From: the human T2T-CHM13v2.0 reference genome, Homo sapiens
Direction: 5' to 3' (one strand)
Assembly: GCF_009914755.1 (NCBI RefSeq)
Contig: NC_060925.1
Length of the DNA stretch: 64,000 bases
Made by a program: the position numbers and the translations under genes. The notes beneath the pieces are model-generated. The model was not told the origin of the DNA, searched no databases, and was given only the letters and a program-made list of their open reading frames with translations. Shown piece after piece: positions 19,141 to 36,309 of the stretch (position 1 is the stretch's first letter; the number at the start of each line of letters is the position of its first letter).

Positions 19141-20001
19141 CCACTCAAGAGATGGCGACACAATGGTCAATGAAGACTATTACAGCCTGACCATGGCAGG
19201 TTCTCTCATCTTCTATCGGTTATGGGAAACTATGTCTGAGCCTTCCCTTCAGGCTCCTACATTCTAGGATTTGATTAGAGACATAATCAACTCCTTCTAA
19301 GAGAAAGACAACCCTAACTTCCATGGGGATCATGCCAATTGCTTAAGACTTCCTAGAAGAAGATGGAGTGTCTGCTGAGTAACAGAATAGGGTTTCACAC
19401 ATTTATCTTAACTTACACATTAAAAAATGAGTATTTTTCTTTATAGTTACCCCCTTGGAAGGCTGTGTATCTGCGCACAGTTCTTTTAGTTACTGTCATA
19501 GACAGTTTATGAAATGGGAACAGATATGCATAACCCAGGATGATTACCCACCCATTTCATCCACCAGATTTTGCAATAAGTCAACCTTACTTTCATTGTA
19601 CCAAAGTTTGTCACCATCAATGATTGTTAAAAAAAAAAAATCAGAGAAATTTCATACATATTTTAAGGGTGGCACCATTACTGAAATGCTGGGAGGATTC
19701 TGGAAGGTGGAAGGGATCACTCAGAAGGAACACCCCTAACTGGGAAGGAAGGCTATTATTCTAAACTAGGCCAGGGAGCTCTTGGTGCTATCCCTGCATT
19801 AGTTCCCCATCCCTGAGTTCACAGAAAATTTACCTAAGTTTGATTGTCTGACATTATTTCAAATGCCAAAGATAAAATTTTTTAAAAATATTTTACCTAG
19901 GTTTACAAGTGGAAAGGTGCTAATTACTGGTGTAAGACAAAAGAAAGTGCAAACACTAGGTCTGGGGCTTGTGCGCAGGTAGTCCTGTCATCTGCTCTTA
20001 C

Positions 20002-20128
20002 CTGTTGGGGCCTGCATGGCTGAGCTGGGGATGGTGGCAGCATCCTGGGGTACAGTGCTGGTATCCGGTTCAGGAGTGCTGGTTGTTGGTGAGGCAGGTG
20101 GTGGGTTCAGCAAAGTCCGAGGTTTCCT
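20002..20128 (-). CDS. SCMH1: SCMH1 internal coding exon (127 nt), P/S/T-rich linker RKPRTLLNPPPASPTTSTPEPDTSTVPQDAATIPSSAMQAPT
   Basis: Hand-translated; not in the ORF track. Acceptor cccattcattttgacag|AGG AAA, donor CCA ACA G|gtaaga. Phase 0 in, phase 1 out, continuing the previous exon's frame. Confidence 0.93.
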
Positions 20129-20619
20129 CTGTCAAAATGAATGGGAAAAAAATTGCTACCCATGACAGGTCTTTTCATTCCCTATTCTTGGCACTTAATT
20201 CACTCATGAAGCAAAAATATATTTATGGATGGAATAGTGTTTTATCTTTGTTCTCTACACAGCATCTGGCTTAAAGCTATACATATACCTGTAGTAGATG
20301 CTTAGTAGACATTTTCTGAATCTATATACAAGCCTCTGGTCTTTTTTAGGGTCAAAGCTTAATTTATTATCTTTTATACTAGATTCAATATTATCATATG
20401 AAGTTTCAGATCCCTTATTAGTTGGGCAGACAAAAGCAAAATATGCCATAGTTTAAGTCTGCTTTGACATTACTTTGTACTTTATTTCTCTCTTTAAAAA
20501 TGGAAACAAACAAAAAAAAATAGAAATGACCCTTCTAACTCTACAAACAACTTTACTCTGTCTGCCTCTCTCTTCACCTCATTACCTGCCATTCCCTTAA
20601 ATCTCCTATTCTACTAAAT

Positions 20620-20945
20620 CTCTATTGCTTCTTTAAAAACTTGCACTTTTACCTGGTCCACACCTTTACAATAAGATGTCTCTTTCACTTGAAATGCTCT
20701 CTTTTTAAATTTATTTTACAAATTTGTTTATCTAGGAAGCTTTTCTAGTTTTTCTCTAATCATTGTCTCTTTTATGTTACCTCTGTTTTTTGAACTGTTG
20801 CATTTGTCAACGTATTGTCATGATATGTTTACATACCAGTATCCCTATTCACCTGGAAATCTTTGAAAGTCTGGTTCTAAGTACCATTCTTAGCATGGTA
20901 CTTAGCATAAAATAAGTGTAAATAAATTTTTTTAATGAAGCATGC
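20620..20945 (+). mobile_element. L2 3' fragment
   Basis: ttagcatggtacttagcataaaataagtgtaaataaat...aatgaa. Confidence 0.55.
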
Positions 20946-21062
20946 AGTATAGAATAATAGAGGAAATAATAAAGCTGATTTGAGAGAAATCTATTATTTC
21001 CCCTACACTGTTCAGGGCAGTTTTTGGGGGAGAAAGATCTCAGGTGTTTTTCTAAGAAATAG

Positions 21063-21368
<306 letters not shown>

Positions 21369-21804
21369 AAAAGCCTTTCTGAATGCAAGGAGAACATAAC
21401 CATCACAGAGATCCAAAAATCCACTTTTACTAAATGCTTCATGTAGGGATAACTGCTGGGAGCCATATCAACCTGTCTGCCTTCTAGGAGTATGTTCTCT
21501 AAAGAGATAGCCCTGATGACAGCAGGCATATATAAGATGGCTTTGCCTGTGAAAGCAATCATGCAAACTCTCATGAAGCATTCAAAACACACATTGAAAG
21601 TGAACATCTGCTCATGCTTTTTTACTGCTAAAAGTGAAAATCCAAATACGTAATGAATGAGTCAGGGAAGAAGGGAAATACCACTTCAACTTCAATGAGT
21701 TGGTGGTAGGATTTCACAGGGTTCCTAAAGGAAGAAGCCTGGTAAGTTAGGTGCCTGAATAATGTAAACCTATTTGAGATAGGTACATGTACAATATTAT
21801 ATGT

Positions 21805-21970
21805 ATTCATACATTATCTCATTTCCATTTTACAGGTGAGAAAATGGGCTCAGGGCTTTATCCAGAGAAGCCTTCCCAAAGTCACACAGGTGGTAACATA
21901 TGGAGATAAGATCTAAACCTGTTTGTCTGACTTTAAAGCTTATGCTCTATCCACAAGACTACTCTGCTTC
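21805..21970 (-). mobile_element. MIR
   Basis: ccattttacaggtgagaaaatgggctcag..cccaaagtcacacag. Confidence 0.75.
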
Positions 21971-21984
21971 AAAAAGAGATATAA

Positions 21985-22368
<384 letters not shown>

Positions 22369-22496
22369 TTAAGAGTATCAAATGCTAGGACATAAAACAC
22401 AGGAAAAGATGAGAATGACTGCTTTCAAGAAGGCTGGAAAGAAAAAGGACTTTGGTTACTACGTTCAAGACTTCCTGAGGGAGCAGAGCAGAGGCA

Positions 22497-22800
22497 ATCA
22501 CAGAATCAGTTTTTGAGTTCTGAATGATCTTAAAGGCCATTTAACCCAACCATCTACCCAATACTTCTAATTCCCTCTCCCTAAAAGATCCCTCCTATAG
22601 TCATCCAGTCCCTGATGAAACACCTCTAGTTATAGGGGCTCATTACTTCCATTTTGGGATAGATTTAACTGTTCCTTTTATGTTGAGACAAAGCTTCTCT
22701 GCTTGAGTTTCCATTTATTGGTTCTGGTTCTATCTTTGGAGTCCCCCAGATAAGTTTTCTCCCTCTTCTGACTGTCCTCAAGATGTCTTCACATCATCAA
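22497..22800 (-). mobile_element. L3/CR1 3' fragment
   Basis: cacagaatc..gccatttaacccaacc..gtcatccagtcc..aacacctctagt..ggggctcattac. Confidence 0.65.
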
Positions 22801-23023
22801 AAGCATGGCTTCTCTGGCCTTGGCATCCTTAGGGCCTTCAGCCTCTCCTCTACAACATGAGAATGAGAGGTGGGTAATGAAGGCAAAAATGAATTAGGAG
22901 CTGGGTTAGTGGTAACAGATCAAGAGGAGTATTACGTGTTACACAGGAAGATCAGGAGGTGATACTGAGAATTCGAAGCCAAAAATAAGAGACAACTGAG
23001 ATTGGTAACATCATCACTAAAAT

Positions 23024-23074
23024 CATCCATCCATCCATCCATCCATCCATCCATCCATCCATCCTTCCATCCAT
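23024..23074 (+). repeat. (ATCC)10 microsatellite at the tail of a minus-strand L2 fragment (~23024-23215)
   Basis: Perfect atcc x10 at 23025-23064, with L2 motif cttgaggagcttatatt downstream. Confidence 0.9.
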
Positions 23075-23277
23075 GTACCCACCCACCTACCCTCCTACCC
23101 ATCTTGCATATTCTGAATATTTCCCAAGAGACTGAGATATAAGGTACCACAGGAGAAAAAAAAAGAAGAAAAAGATTAGGTTCTTGACCTTGAGGAGCTT
23201 ATATTGTACAAGGACTGAAGTCAGTGGAAGCTAATAAACAAGCAAAACAAACCAACAGACAAACAAACTAACCCTAG

Positions 23278-23323
23278 GGAGGAATTAATGAGATTGGGAT
23301 GGAGGAATTAATGAGATTGGGAT
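23278..23323 (+). repeat. Perfect 23-bp tandem duplication
   Basis: ggaggaattaatgagattgggat x2. Confidence 0.95.
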
Positions 23324-23679
23324 AGAATGCCCAGGGAGAACTGGGTATCATCTCCATACTGGAACTCAGGTATTCTTGTTCAGGCAGGAGATTCATCAGA
23401 GAAATCTCCCAACAGTTAAGAAATGAGGGGAGGAGGTGATGCTAAAAGGGGCCCTAGAGAAGCTGCTGACAGAAGTCTTTTTTTTTTTTTTTTTTTATAT
23501 CAATGCCTTCCTTAGGGAAGATACCCATGAAAAACAGGCCATGACTAAGAGGTAGTACTTTCAGTAACAGTGCTCAGTGAAGGTGACTCAGCTGTCTTTT
23601 CCAATACTAGAATACTAGAAGTGTTGTGTCCCTCAGGAAATGTGGGAAAGACTGAAAGAGTGAATATATGCTAGGGAAG

Positions 23680-23890
23680 CAGTGACCTTGGAAGTAGATC
23701 TAAGGGCCAATCTCTGTAGCTTTTGCCATTTACTAGCCATGTGATCTTAGAAAAATCATTTTACATCTGTAAGTCTCAATTTACTATAAAATAACATTAA
23801 CACTGTTTATCTCTTAGGGTTTTGTGAAAATCATGGGATATGTATGTATTGGTGTTTAATACAGTCTGACACTTAGTAGGTATTCAATTT
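23680..23890 (+). mobile_element. MIR
   Basis: gccatttactagccatgtgatctta..catctgtaagtctcaattt..acttagtaggtattcaat. Confidence 0.8.
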
Positions 23891-24255
23891 TTTTTAAAGA
23901 AGAGGTAGAGATAGCAAAATATATATTTACATTCAACCTGAAAAAGCTGATTAAAAGAAAAAAAAAACATTTACAGAGTTAATTTGTGCTTTCTGTCCAC
24001 ACGCTGGACATCTACTTTGGAAAGGTTAACAAAGAGCAGTTTCTTCCATGTACACTAGACCAGAATCTCCTCAAATATGAGTGACTTTCAAAGTTAAAAT
24101 TTGTTTCCTATCCTCCCCAATTCTATCTTTAATATTACCAACTCTCAGGTAAGTAGCAAGTAGGGATGACGGTCTAGGAAATTCCTCTTATAAGATACAC
24201 AAGATAGAGAAGAGGGCCAGATGTGCCCCTTTCCAAGAGAGATGGGTATGGATGA

Positions 24256-24568
<313 letters not shown>

Positions 24569-24623
24569 GAATGACCCCTTTATAATCCCTTATCCCTTTC
24601 TGGGAAACCCACATTTTACCTAC

Positions 24624-24856
24624 CTTGCTGCCAGGTTTGGGACCTCTCTTCTTTGGGAATTTCAAAGGTTCAGCTGTCTTGGATGGGGCAGAGATGGGAT
24701 GGGAAATTAGGGTCTTGGGTGTCCGGCCCCGCTTCTTTCCTGGTTTACGCCCCCTCTGCCCTGGTTGATGTTCCAAGACAGTTTTGGTGCTGCTGTGGAT
24801 GCTGGGCTTCTCAGTATTCACATCGGAGGCAGGATAGGGATTCTTTGGAATCACAA
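24624..24856 (-). CDS. SCMH1: SCMH1 internal coding exon (233 nt), basic region with AT-hook-like motifs RGRKP, KKRGRTPK, KKRGPKP
   Basis: Acceptor tttttcttgcag|TT GTG ATT (G+TT = Val across the junction), donor AGC AAG|gtaggt. Encodes (V)VIPKNPYPASDV...KKRGPKPGSK. Phase 1 in, phase 0 out. Confidence 0.95.
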
Positions 24857-25149
24857 CTGCAAGAAAAAGACTCATTCTATCACCCTCCCTCCCCCCTGCA
24901 TTCTCATCCCAGCCAGAAGAAAAAAAGGACTTGCCACTTCTGCTCAGGTAGTTTTGTTCCAAGAAGCTGGTTTCCTGGCATTTGACCTAAATGTTAAGGA
25001 AATCTCTGAAGAAGACTGAATTTAGATTGGCTGGAATTGGAGGTTTTAAATTATTTCTGGCAGATGCAGAAAAAATATTAAATTTTTCTTCCTAAGGCAC
25101 CTTAGACAAATATTGTGACCTAAGTCAAAGGTGAAGTATATAAATATTA

Positions 25150-25330
25150 ATAGAATCATAGGCTCAGAGTTGAAAGGGCTCTTAGAAACCTGTAATTCTG
25201 TCCTGCTAAGAATGAAGGTCTGAGGCTCAGAACAAGACACAATGCCCTCCGCAGGTTACATAGTGAGTTGGGATAAGAACTTGTTTTAAAATTGAGCCCT
25301 GATAACCATGCCAGGGATTTTCTACATCAA
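25150..25330 (-). mobile_element. MIR/MIR3 fragment
   Basis: agaatcataggctcagagttgaaaggg..tgaggctcagaa. Confidence 0.6.
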
Positions 25331-25384
25331 TCTACTTGAAGTTTTAGTTTGACTATTGCAGTGAGGAGTAGAGGAACATGTGGA

Positions 25385-25810
25385 AATATAAATCTGATAG
25401 CATCTCTCCTTAAAAATCTTTGCTCTTAAAAACCTTTATTCCTTATTACCTTTAAGGTAAGGTCTAAATTCTTTAACCTGATTTCTAAGGACTTTTTTGA
25501 CTCTGCCCATCTTGCTCTCCCATTATGACTGATGTCATTTCCTATCATCCAACCCCATGTTCTAGTAGCCCTTATATGTTGAGCTCTCTATTACTCTTTG
25601 TCAGACACATATCAATACTCAGTTTTCAACACTGGATCCAGGGCCACCTCCTTATTGAGGACTTCTCTGACCATGTCCCAACTAGGTCAGTGTCCTCTCT
25701 TTACTCCCAAAGCATTCTGTAGACATCTATGTTACAGTACTTCTTAATTTTACTCCAATTATTCATTTTTTCCTTAAACTGAGAATTTTTTGAGGTAAGG
25801 GATATCTAAG
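25385..25810 (+). mobile_element. L2 fragment
   Basis: aaatctgatagcatctctccttaaaaatc..tctaaattctttaacctg. Confidence 0.6.
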
Positions 25811-25811
25811 A

Positions 25812-26445
25812 CATCCTACAAATAGTGAGAACTTACTATAAGTTATACACTGTACTAAGCTCTGGGGATAGAACTGTGAACAAACCAGACTTCCACTCTC
25901 ATGGAGCTTACCTCCTAGTGAGAGAGAAAGAAAATTAAAAAAATAACACAATATACGGTATAATGTCAGGTAGTGCTAAGTGCTGTGATTAAAATTAATG
26001 CAGGGTAAGGAAACAAAATTTTAAGGGAAGTCCTCTTTGAGGAGATGACATTTACACAGAGCTCCCGAAAGAGGTAAAGGCACAATGCCTTATGAAGATG
26101 TGAGAGGGTATAACAACAAGTGCAAAGAGTCTGAGACAGGAACATGTTAGTGTGTTTGAGAAATTGGAAAGGAGGTCAGTAGAGCTGTAACTGAGTGAGC
26201 AAAGGGGAGGGTAGAGAGAAATTAGGTTAGAGAGTGAGTAGCAGTAAAATTGTGTAGGACTGCAGCCTGTGAAAATGAACTGAACTTATTCTAAATATAA
26301 AGGGAAGCCACTAGAGGGTTTTGAGCAGGGGAGGGACAAGATATACTTAGAAGGACCACTCTGACTGCTTTGTGAGAGGGACGAGAGTAGAATTAGGGAG
26401 ACCAGTTAATAAACTATTATATAGGGCAGGTAGAAGATAATACTT
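25812..26445 (-). mobile_element. L2a 3' part
   Basis: cactgtactaagctctggggata..ctcatggagctta..gggaagccactagagggttttgagcagggg. Confidence 0.8.
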
Positions 26446-26531
26446 CCTAGGCCTCCAGGTAGGAAGTGATAGTTGTGGTAGTACAATGTTAACGATGCAA
26501 CAACTAGAAAAAGTCAGAGTAATTATTTAAA

Positions 26532-26581
26532 AAGACACCACAGAGCTGTCATGAGGAAGACACCACAGAGCTGTCATGAGG
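26532..26581 (+). repeat. Perfect 25-bp tandem duplication
   Basis: aagacaccacagagctgtcatgagg x2. Confidence 0.95.
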
Positions 26582-27332
26582 ATTAGATGAACTGGAATTC
26601 CAAGGGGTGGCCTCTGAGGTAGCTGATACTGTTTTCTTTCCTGAGGGCATCTGCTAATTTTGGCATAAACTAAGGATCAGGCTTGGCATGTGGTGAGGGG
26701 CTCTACTGGAGGAAAGAGAAATGAGAGCTGCTGCGACAAACTGGAAACTTAAGGAGCCCCTGCATGTGGCCAGTTTTTCTCATTGGGTATCTGCTGAATT
26801 TTGGGCCAGCACATTGGAACTTCAAAGCTAGACTGAGAGCTTTTAAAAGGCAGAATAAAATCTCCTATAATCTTGTGGTTTTAGGAGATAAGGTTCCACT
26901 AGAAGTAGGTAGTATACCCCAAATACATGGCTGATCTCCTCTTAAAGATATTTTAAAACTATAAGGGGTGAGAGGTAATAAAACTAAGCCCCAGACCTCT
27001 CAAGGGTAGGACAATCTCCTGCAGTGTTTCAGGGCTAAGGAGCTAGAAATTAGGTTCCCAACCAAGAGCCCAAGAGGGTCCGTGTCCAAAAAACAAGCAT
27101 AAACCATAGGCACAATCCAGATGTGGTCTAACTCAATCCAGAATTAGATTGAGGTGATCAGGCCCTATCCTATTTAGTCTAGCAGAGGAAAGGAAGAATT
27201 CTTTCTCATGGAAGATACCAGTTGGAGCCTCAATAGTTCTTTTAATATAAAACGTTTGGCATACTACAAAAATTATTAGACATAACAGAGTCAAAACAGT
27301 GTGATCAGTAATCAAGAGAAAATACAGGCAAT

Positions 27333-29546
27333 AGAAAGAGACCCATATATTATCCAAATAATGGAACAAACAAACAGATTTTTTAAAAATCATAATTAAA
27401 ATGTTAAAATGTAAAAAAGATGAACAAAATATAAGAAAAGGTAGATAGTACCCACAGAAATATCTATATAAAAAACTAAATGGACATCTTATAACTAAAA
27501 AATACAATATTAGGAATAACTCATTGCATGGGTTTAAGGGCAGACAAGAGCCAATAGAAAGGATTAATAAACTTGATGAAAAAATAGAAAACATCCAAAA
27601 TAAAGTACAGTGAGAAAATATGAAAAAATATATTAGAGCATTAGAGATTAAGTAGACACAGTCAATAGGTCCAAAATATGAGTGGCTGCAATCCCACAGG
27701 GAGAAGACAGATAGAATGAAGAAAAAGCAATATATGAAAAGGTAACAGCGGAGACTTAATCTCTAACTAATGAAAGACATCAACCCACAGATTCAGGATG
27801 CTTATGGATTCAGCAATCCATAGCAGGAAAAATACAAAGAAAACGATACCAAAACACATAATTGTCAAACTGCTGAAAATACAAAAGATGAAATACAGAT
27901 GAAATAAAAGACAGGGAGGAAATACAAAGATATATTTTAAAAAGCAGTCAGAGAGAAAAACAGCATTACCGGAGCAACAATAAGAGTGATAGCAGGCTCT
28001 TTAATAAAACTTTGTAAGCAAGAAGAAGTAGAATAGTATCCTTAAAGGGCTAAAAGAAACAGACTACCAAAGATAGAATTATACACCCAGTGAAAATATC
28101 CTTCAGAAATAAAGGTAAAATAATGAGATTTTCAAATAATCAAAGTTGAGAGAATCTGTCACCAGCAGACCTAACTATGGAAAATGAAAAGGAAGTTCTT
28201 CAGGCTGAAGGACATTCCAAATGGAAACATGAAACTACAGGAAGGATGAAGAACACGAGAAAGGGTAAACATGTGAGTTGATACAAAAGGATACTGATTA
28301 TTTAAAACAATAATAAAAATGGCTTGTGCCGTTTATAATATATGTATTAATAAGTTATGTGACAGTAATAGCACAGAGGATGAAAGTGGAGAGTAAATGG
28401 AGCCAAACTTTGTTAAGAATTTTGCATTATTTGGGAGTAGTTAGAGCACTTATTTAAGGTAGATTTTAATAAGTCCAATATGCATATTTGCATACGGCAA
28501 TTAATTAAAGAATTATCAGGGATAAGAATGCATTACTAAAAAGCTAAGGGGAGAGAAGTAGAATAATAAAACATACTTGATTAATCCAAAAGAAGGCAAG
28601 AAAGGAGGAATAAAGAAATAAGGAAGAACTTGGACAAATAGAAAACAAAAAAGCAAAATGCAAAATGTTGACTTAAACCCAAATAAATAATTTTATTAAA
28701 GAAGGGTGGATTAAGTAAAACAGTCAGTAGGAATAAATGAACAAACCAGACCAAAAAAACCCCCAGAACTCAATTATATTTGTTTATAAGAGGGCCCTGA
28801 GATACAAAGACACTCAAAATATAAAAACACAGGAAGAGAAAAGCAAACAGATGAAAATAATGTACTCTATAAACACTAACCGAAAGAAAACTAATAACAT
28901 GAATAACCAATTAACCAACCAACCTAACTGATACATATACCTAATAAATATAGAATACGCAGAGACAATTTCATCATAGATCCATCAGACATTGGGTAGA
29001 GAACAGGACAGTATGAATAACTTTATGCCAATTAAATATGAAAATTGAGATAAAATGTCACTCAAGACCAGCCTGGGCAACACTGTGAGACCCCATCTCT
29101 ACAAAAACAAATTAGTTGAGCATGGTGTGTGCCTGTAGCCCTAGCTACTCAAGAGGATCGCTTGAGCCCAGGTCGAGGTTGCAGTGAGCTATATCACACC
29201 ACTGCACTTCAGCCTGGATTACAGGCTCTATCTCTTATCTCTAATGCTCTAAATTTTTTTTGTATTTTCTCACTGTACTTTATTTTGGATATTTTCTATT
29301 TTTTCATCAAGTTTATTACTCCTTTCTGTTGGCTCTTGTCTGCCCTTAAACCCATGCAATGAGTTATTCCTAATACTGTATTTTTTAGGTATAAGATGTC
29401 CATTTAATTTTTTATATAGATATTTCTGTGGGTACTATTTTTTCTTACACTTTGTTCATCTTTTTTACATTTTAACATTTTAATTATGATTTTTAAAAAA
29501 TCTGTTTGTTTGTTCCATTATTTACATAATATATGAGTCTCTCTCT
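27333..29546. repeat. Long inverted repeat: arms ~27333-27656 and ~29230-29546
   Basis: Manual reverse-complement alignment, roughly 15-20 differences over ~320 bp. Confidence 0.93.
29061..29218 (+). mobile_element. Truncated AluJ whose A tail is displaced to ~29547-29569 by the inverted insert
   Basis: tcaagaccagcctgggcaac ... cactgcacttcagcctgg, then the insert, then tctcttaaaacacaaaacaaagcaaaaa. Confidence 0.85.
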
Positions 29547-30940
29547 TAAAACACAAAACAAAGCAAAAATACCACTGACACAAGAAAAAAACAGAATATG
29601 AAGAGCCTCATACATAATAAAAAATTGCAATTGCAATTAAAAATCTTTCCACAAAGAAAATCCCAGGCCTAAACTGGCTTCACTGATGAATTCTAGCAAA
29701 TATTTAAAGAAGAAATAATAACAAATCTTGCAAAGCCTCTTTTGAAAAATAGAAGAGGGAACACTTCCCATTTCATTTTATAAGGCCAGCATAACCCTCA
29801 TACCAAAACATGACAAAGATAGTTACAAGAAAAAAAAACTATAGACTAATATCCCTCATGAACATACATCCAAAATCTTTAACAAAGTATTTGTAAATTA
29901 AATCTAGGTCTCTCTCTATATGTATATCAGATATACAATCCTATATATATCATATCATAACATGCAGGATAATATATCATAACTAAGTGGGATTTATTTC
30001 AGAAATACAAAGGTTAACAATGGAAAATACAATCCGCTGAACACATACATTCACTAAATGAAAGAGAAAACCTATATATCATCTCAACAGATGAAGAAAA
30101 AGCATTTGACAAAATTCAACATCCATTCATGATAAAAATTATCAATAAACTAGGAATAAAAGAGAATTTCCTTAGTCTAGATAAACGCATCTATAAAAAA
30201 CCTATAATCAACAGCATTCTTAATGGTGAAATATTGAACACTTCTTATTGAATTATGGGATAAAACAAAATAACTACTATCACCACTTCTATTCGACATT
30301 GTATTGGAGGTCAATGCAATAAGGAAAGGAAAAGAAATAAAATCTATAAATACAGACTGTAAGGGAAGAAGCATTACTTGTACGTGACATGATTGTTTAC
30401 ATAAATATTCCTCCTTACAAGTCTACAAAATCTATTAAAATAAAAAAATGAATTTGGAAAGGTCACTAGATACAAATCTAATATTTAAAAATCTAATGTA
30501 TTTCTCTAAATAGCAACAATTTGAAAATTATTTAAAAATCCACAAAATCAAATAACATCAAGTATTCAGTGAAAGATGGGCAAGACATCTACACTGAAAA
30601 CTATAAAATATTGATAGGGGAAATTAAAGAAGATCTAGATATCACATGGCCATGAAGGGATATGTTACATTCATAGATTGAAAGCATCACCACTGTTAGG
30701 TGTCAACTCTCATCAAACTGATCTAGAGTCAATGCAATTCCAATAGAAATCTCAGCAGTTTCTAAAAAATGTGTGGTGTATGTATGCAAATTGACAATTT
30801 AATTCTAAATTTTAATAGGAAATGCAAAGGACCTATAGTAGCCAAGTCAATCTTGATGAATAACAGCAAAGCTGGAGAACATGCATCATCAAATAGCAAG
30901 ATTCATTATAAAGTTACAGTAATTGACACATATATTATTT

Positions 30941-31234
30941 GTTGGGCATGGTGTTTCATGCCTGTAACCCCAGCACTCTGGGAGACTGAGGCAGGAGGAT
31001 TGCTTGAGGCCAGGAGTTTGAAACCAGCCTTGCAACATAGCATGACCCAGTCTCTACAAAAATTTTTTAAAAAATTAGCTGGGCATGGTGGTGCACACCT
31101 GTAGTCCCAGTGACTCTGGAGGCTGAGGTGGGAGGATTACTTAAGCCCTGGAAGTCATGGCTGCACTGAACCATGATGGTGTCACTGCACTCTAGTCTAG
31201 GTGACAGAATAAGACTCTGTCTTAAAAAAAAAAA
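30941..31234 (+). mobile_element. AluJ
   Basis: TSD gaca(c/t)atat(a)ttatt. Confidence 0.92.
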
Positions 31235-31639
31235 AGACATATATTATTGGTGCAAGGGTAGATGAATGAATCAACAGAGCAAAATAGAGAGTTCCAAAAT
31301 TAACTACACATATATAGTCATCTGATTTATGATAAATGTGCCCTTGCAATTCTGTGGAGAGAAAAAATGGTCTTTTCAATAAAACTGTGGTGAGTCAAAT
31401 AGGTATCCATATGGAAAAAAATTAAACTTGAGTTCTATTTCACACCAGATACAAAAATTAATGTGAAGGCTAAAACATCAAATTTCTAGAAGACAAATGA
31501 GAATACCTTCAAAACTATGGGGGCGGCCAAAGATTTATTAAAACAGGACACAAAAAGCACTAATTATCAAAGAGTGAAGATATATATGGCCTCATTAAAA
31601 CAAAATATTTCTCTTAATCAAAGGACATTAAGAAAATGA

Positions 31640-34580
<2,941 letters not shown>

Positions 34581-35010
34581 AAAAGAGTTAAGAGACTACC
34601 ACGAACAAGTTGGGTCTATACTATAAATGCAAAGATAATTCAATATTAGGAAATCAATCAACAGACCTTATTAATAGGTCTAAGAAAAAAAATTATGTGA
34701 TGACTCTATTAATGCTGGAAAGGTTTTTGACAAAATTAAGCACTCAAGAAAATATAAATAGTTTGCTATGTGATTAACATGATAATACATATATGCCAAA
34801 ATCCTAAAGGAAACATCTTACTGGAGAAACACAAGAGGTATTCCCACTAAGGTCAGGAATAAAGTACTGATACCTACTAGCTCCACTAATATTTAACATT
34901 GCACTGGAGGTATTAACCAAAGTATTAAAGATAAGAGAAACAAATTAGAAGCCTAAGAATTGGAAAAGATAAAGTAAAACAATCTGTATTTGTAGATGAC
35001 ATGACAGGGT

Positions 35011-35615
<605 letters not shown>

Positions 35616-36027
35616 TCCCTATAAAATCAGTGATGAAGCTAGCTCAAACAGTGAAAGAATTGAGCAAGGTAACAGAATACGTAACTGACATACAAAACTC
35701 AACAGCCTTCATGTATAGCAAATCAGTTAGATAATGTAACAGAGGCAGAAATACTCAGGAACAAAGTTAACAGGAAATATGAAAAATCCATATGAAGATA
35801 ATTACAAAACACTGCTGAAAGACACACAAGTAGACTTGACAAAAAGACATCTATCCTTGTTCTTTTATTTTTCAATATCATCAAGTTGTTAGTTCTAAGT
35901 TAACTTACAAACTTAATGCAACCTCAATAAAAATACAAAGAAACCTTTCCCCACTGCCCCTGCCCTGCCCTGCCCCTGGAGCTGGATAAGTTGACATTAA
36001 ACTTTGTATGTATTAAAAAAAACCACA

Positions 36028-36309
36028 ACCAGGCACTGTAGCTCACACTGGTAGTCCCAGCTACTCAGGAGGCTGAGGTGGGAGGGTCACTTGAGGCTAG
36101 GAATTCAAGACCAGCCTATGCAACATAGCAAGATGCTGTCTCTAAACAACAGCAACAACAACAAACTAGCTGGGTGCAGCAGTGCATACCTGTAGTACCA
36201 CCTGCTTGGGAAGCTGATTGTTTGAGCTCAGGAGTTGGAGACCAGCCTGAGCAATATAATGAGACCCTTGTTTCAAAAAACAAAACAAAACCAAAAAAAA
36301 AAAAAAAAA
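36028..36309 (+). mobile_element. Two tandem left-type Alu monomers (FLAM-like dimer)
   Basis: Both units end gag/ttc-agaccagcct..gcaa.ata..aga, and neither has the right-arm insert. Confidence 0.8.

Larger units (their letters stand above)
26445..31636 (+). mobile_element. Old L1M (5'UTR, ORF1, partial ORF2), degenerate
   Basis: ORF1 motifs (cacataattgtcaaactgctgaaaa), RT region (gaaaaagcatttgacaaaattcaacatccattcatg), ORF 30769 ORF2-like. Confidence 0.8.

Noticed and set aside
24653-25019. Plus-strand ORFs over the SCMH1 exon (also 19969..20274)
   Set aside because: Antisense shadows of GC-rich coding exons.
27133-27594. Hydrophobic 153-aa minus-strand ORF
   Set aside because: Antisense of A-rich L1 gives F/L/I-rich pseudo-membrane peptides.
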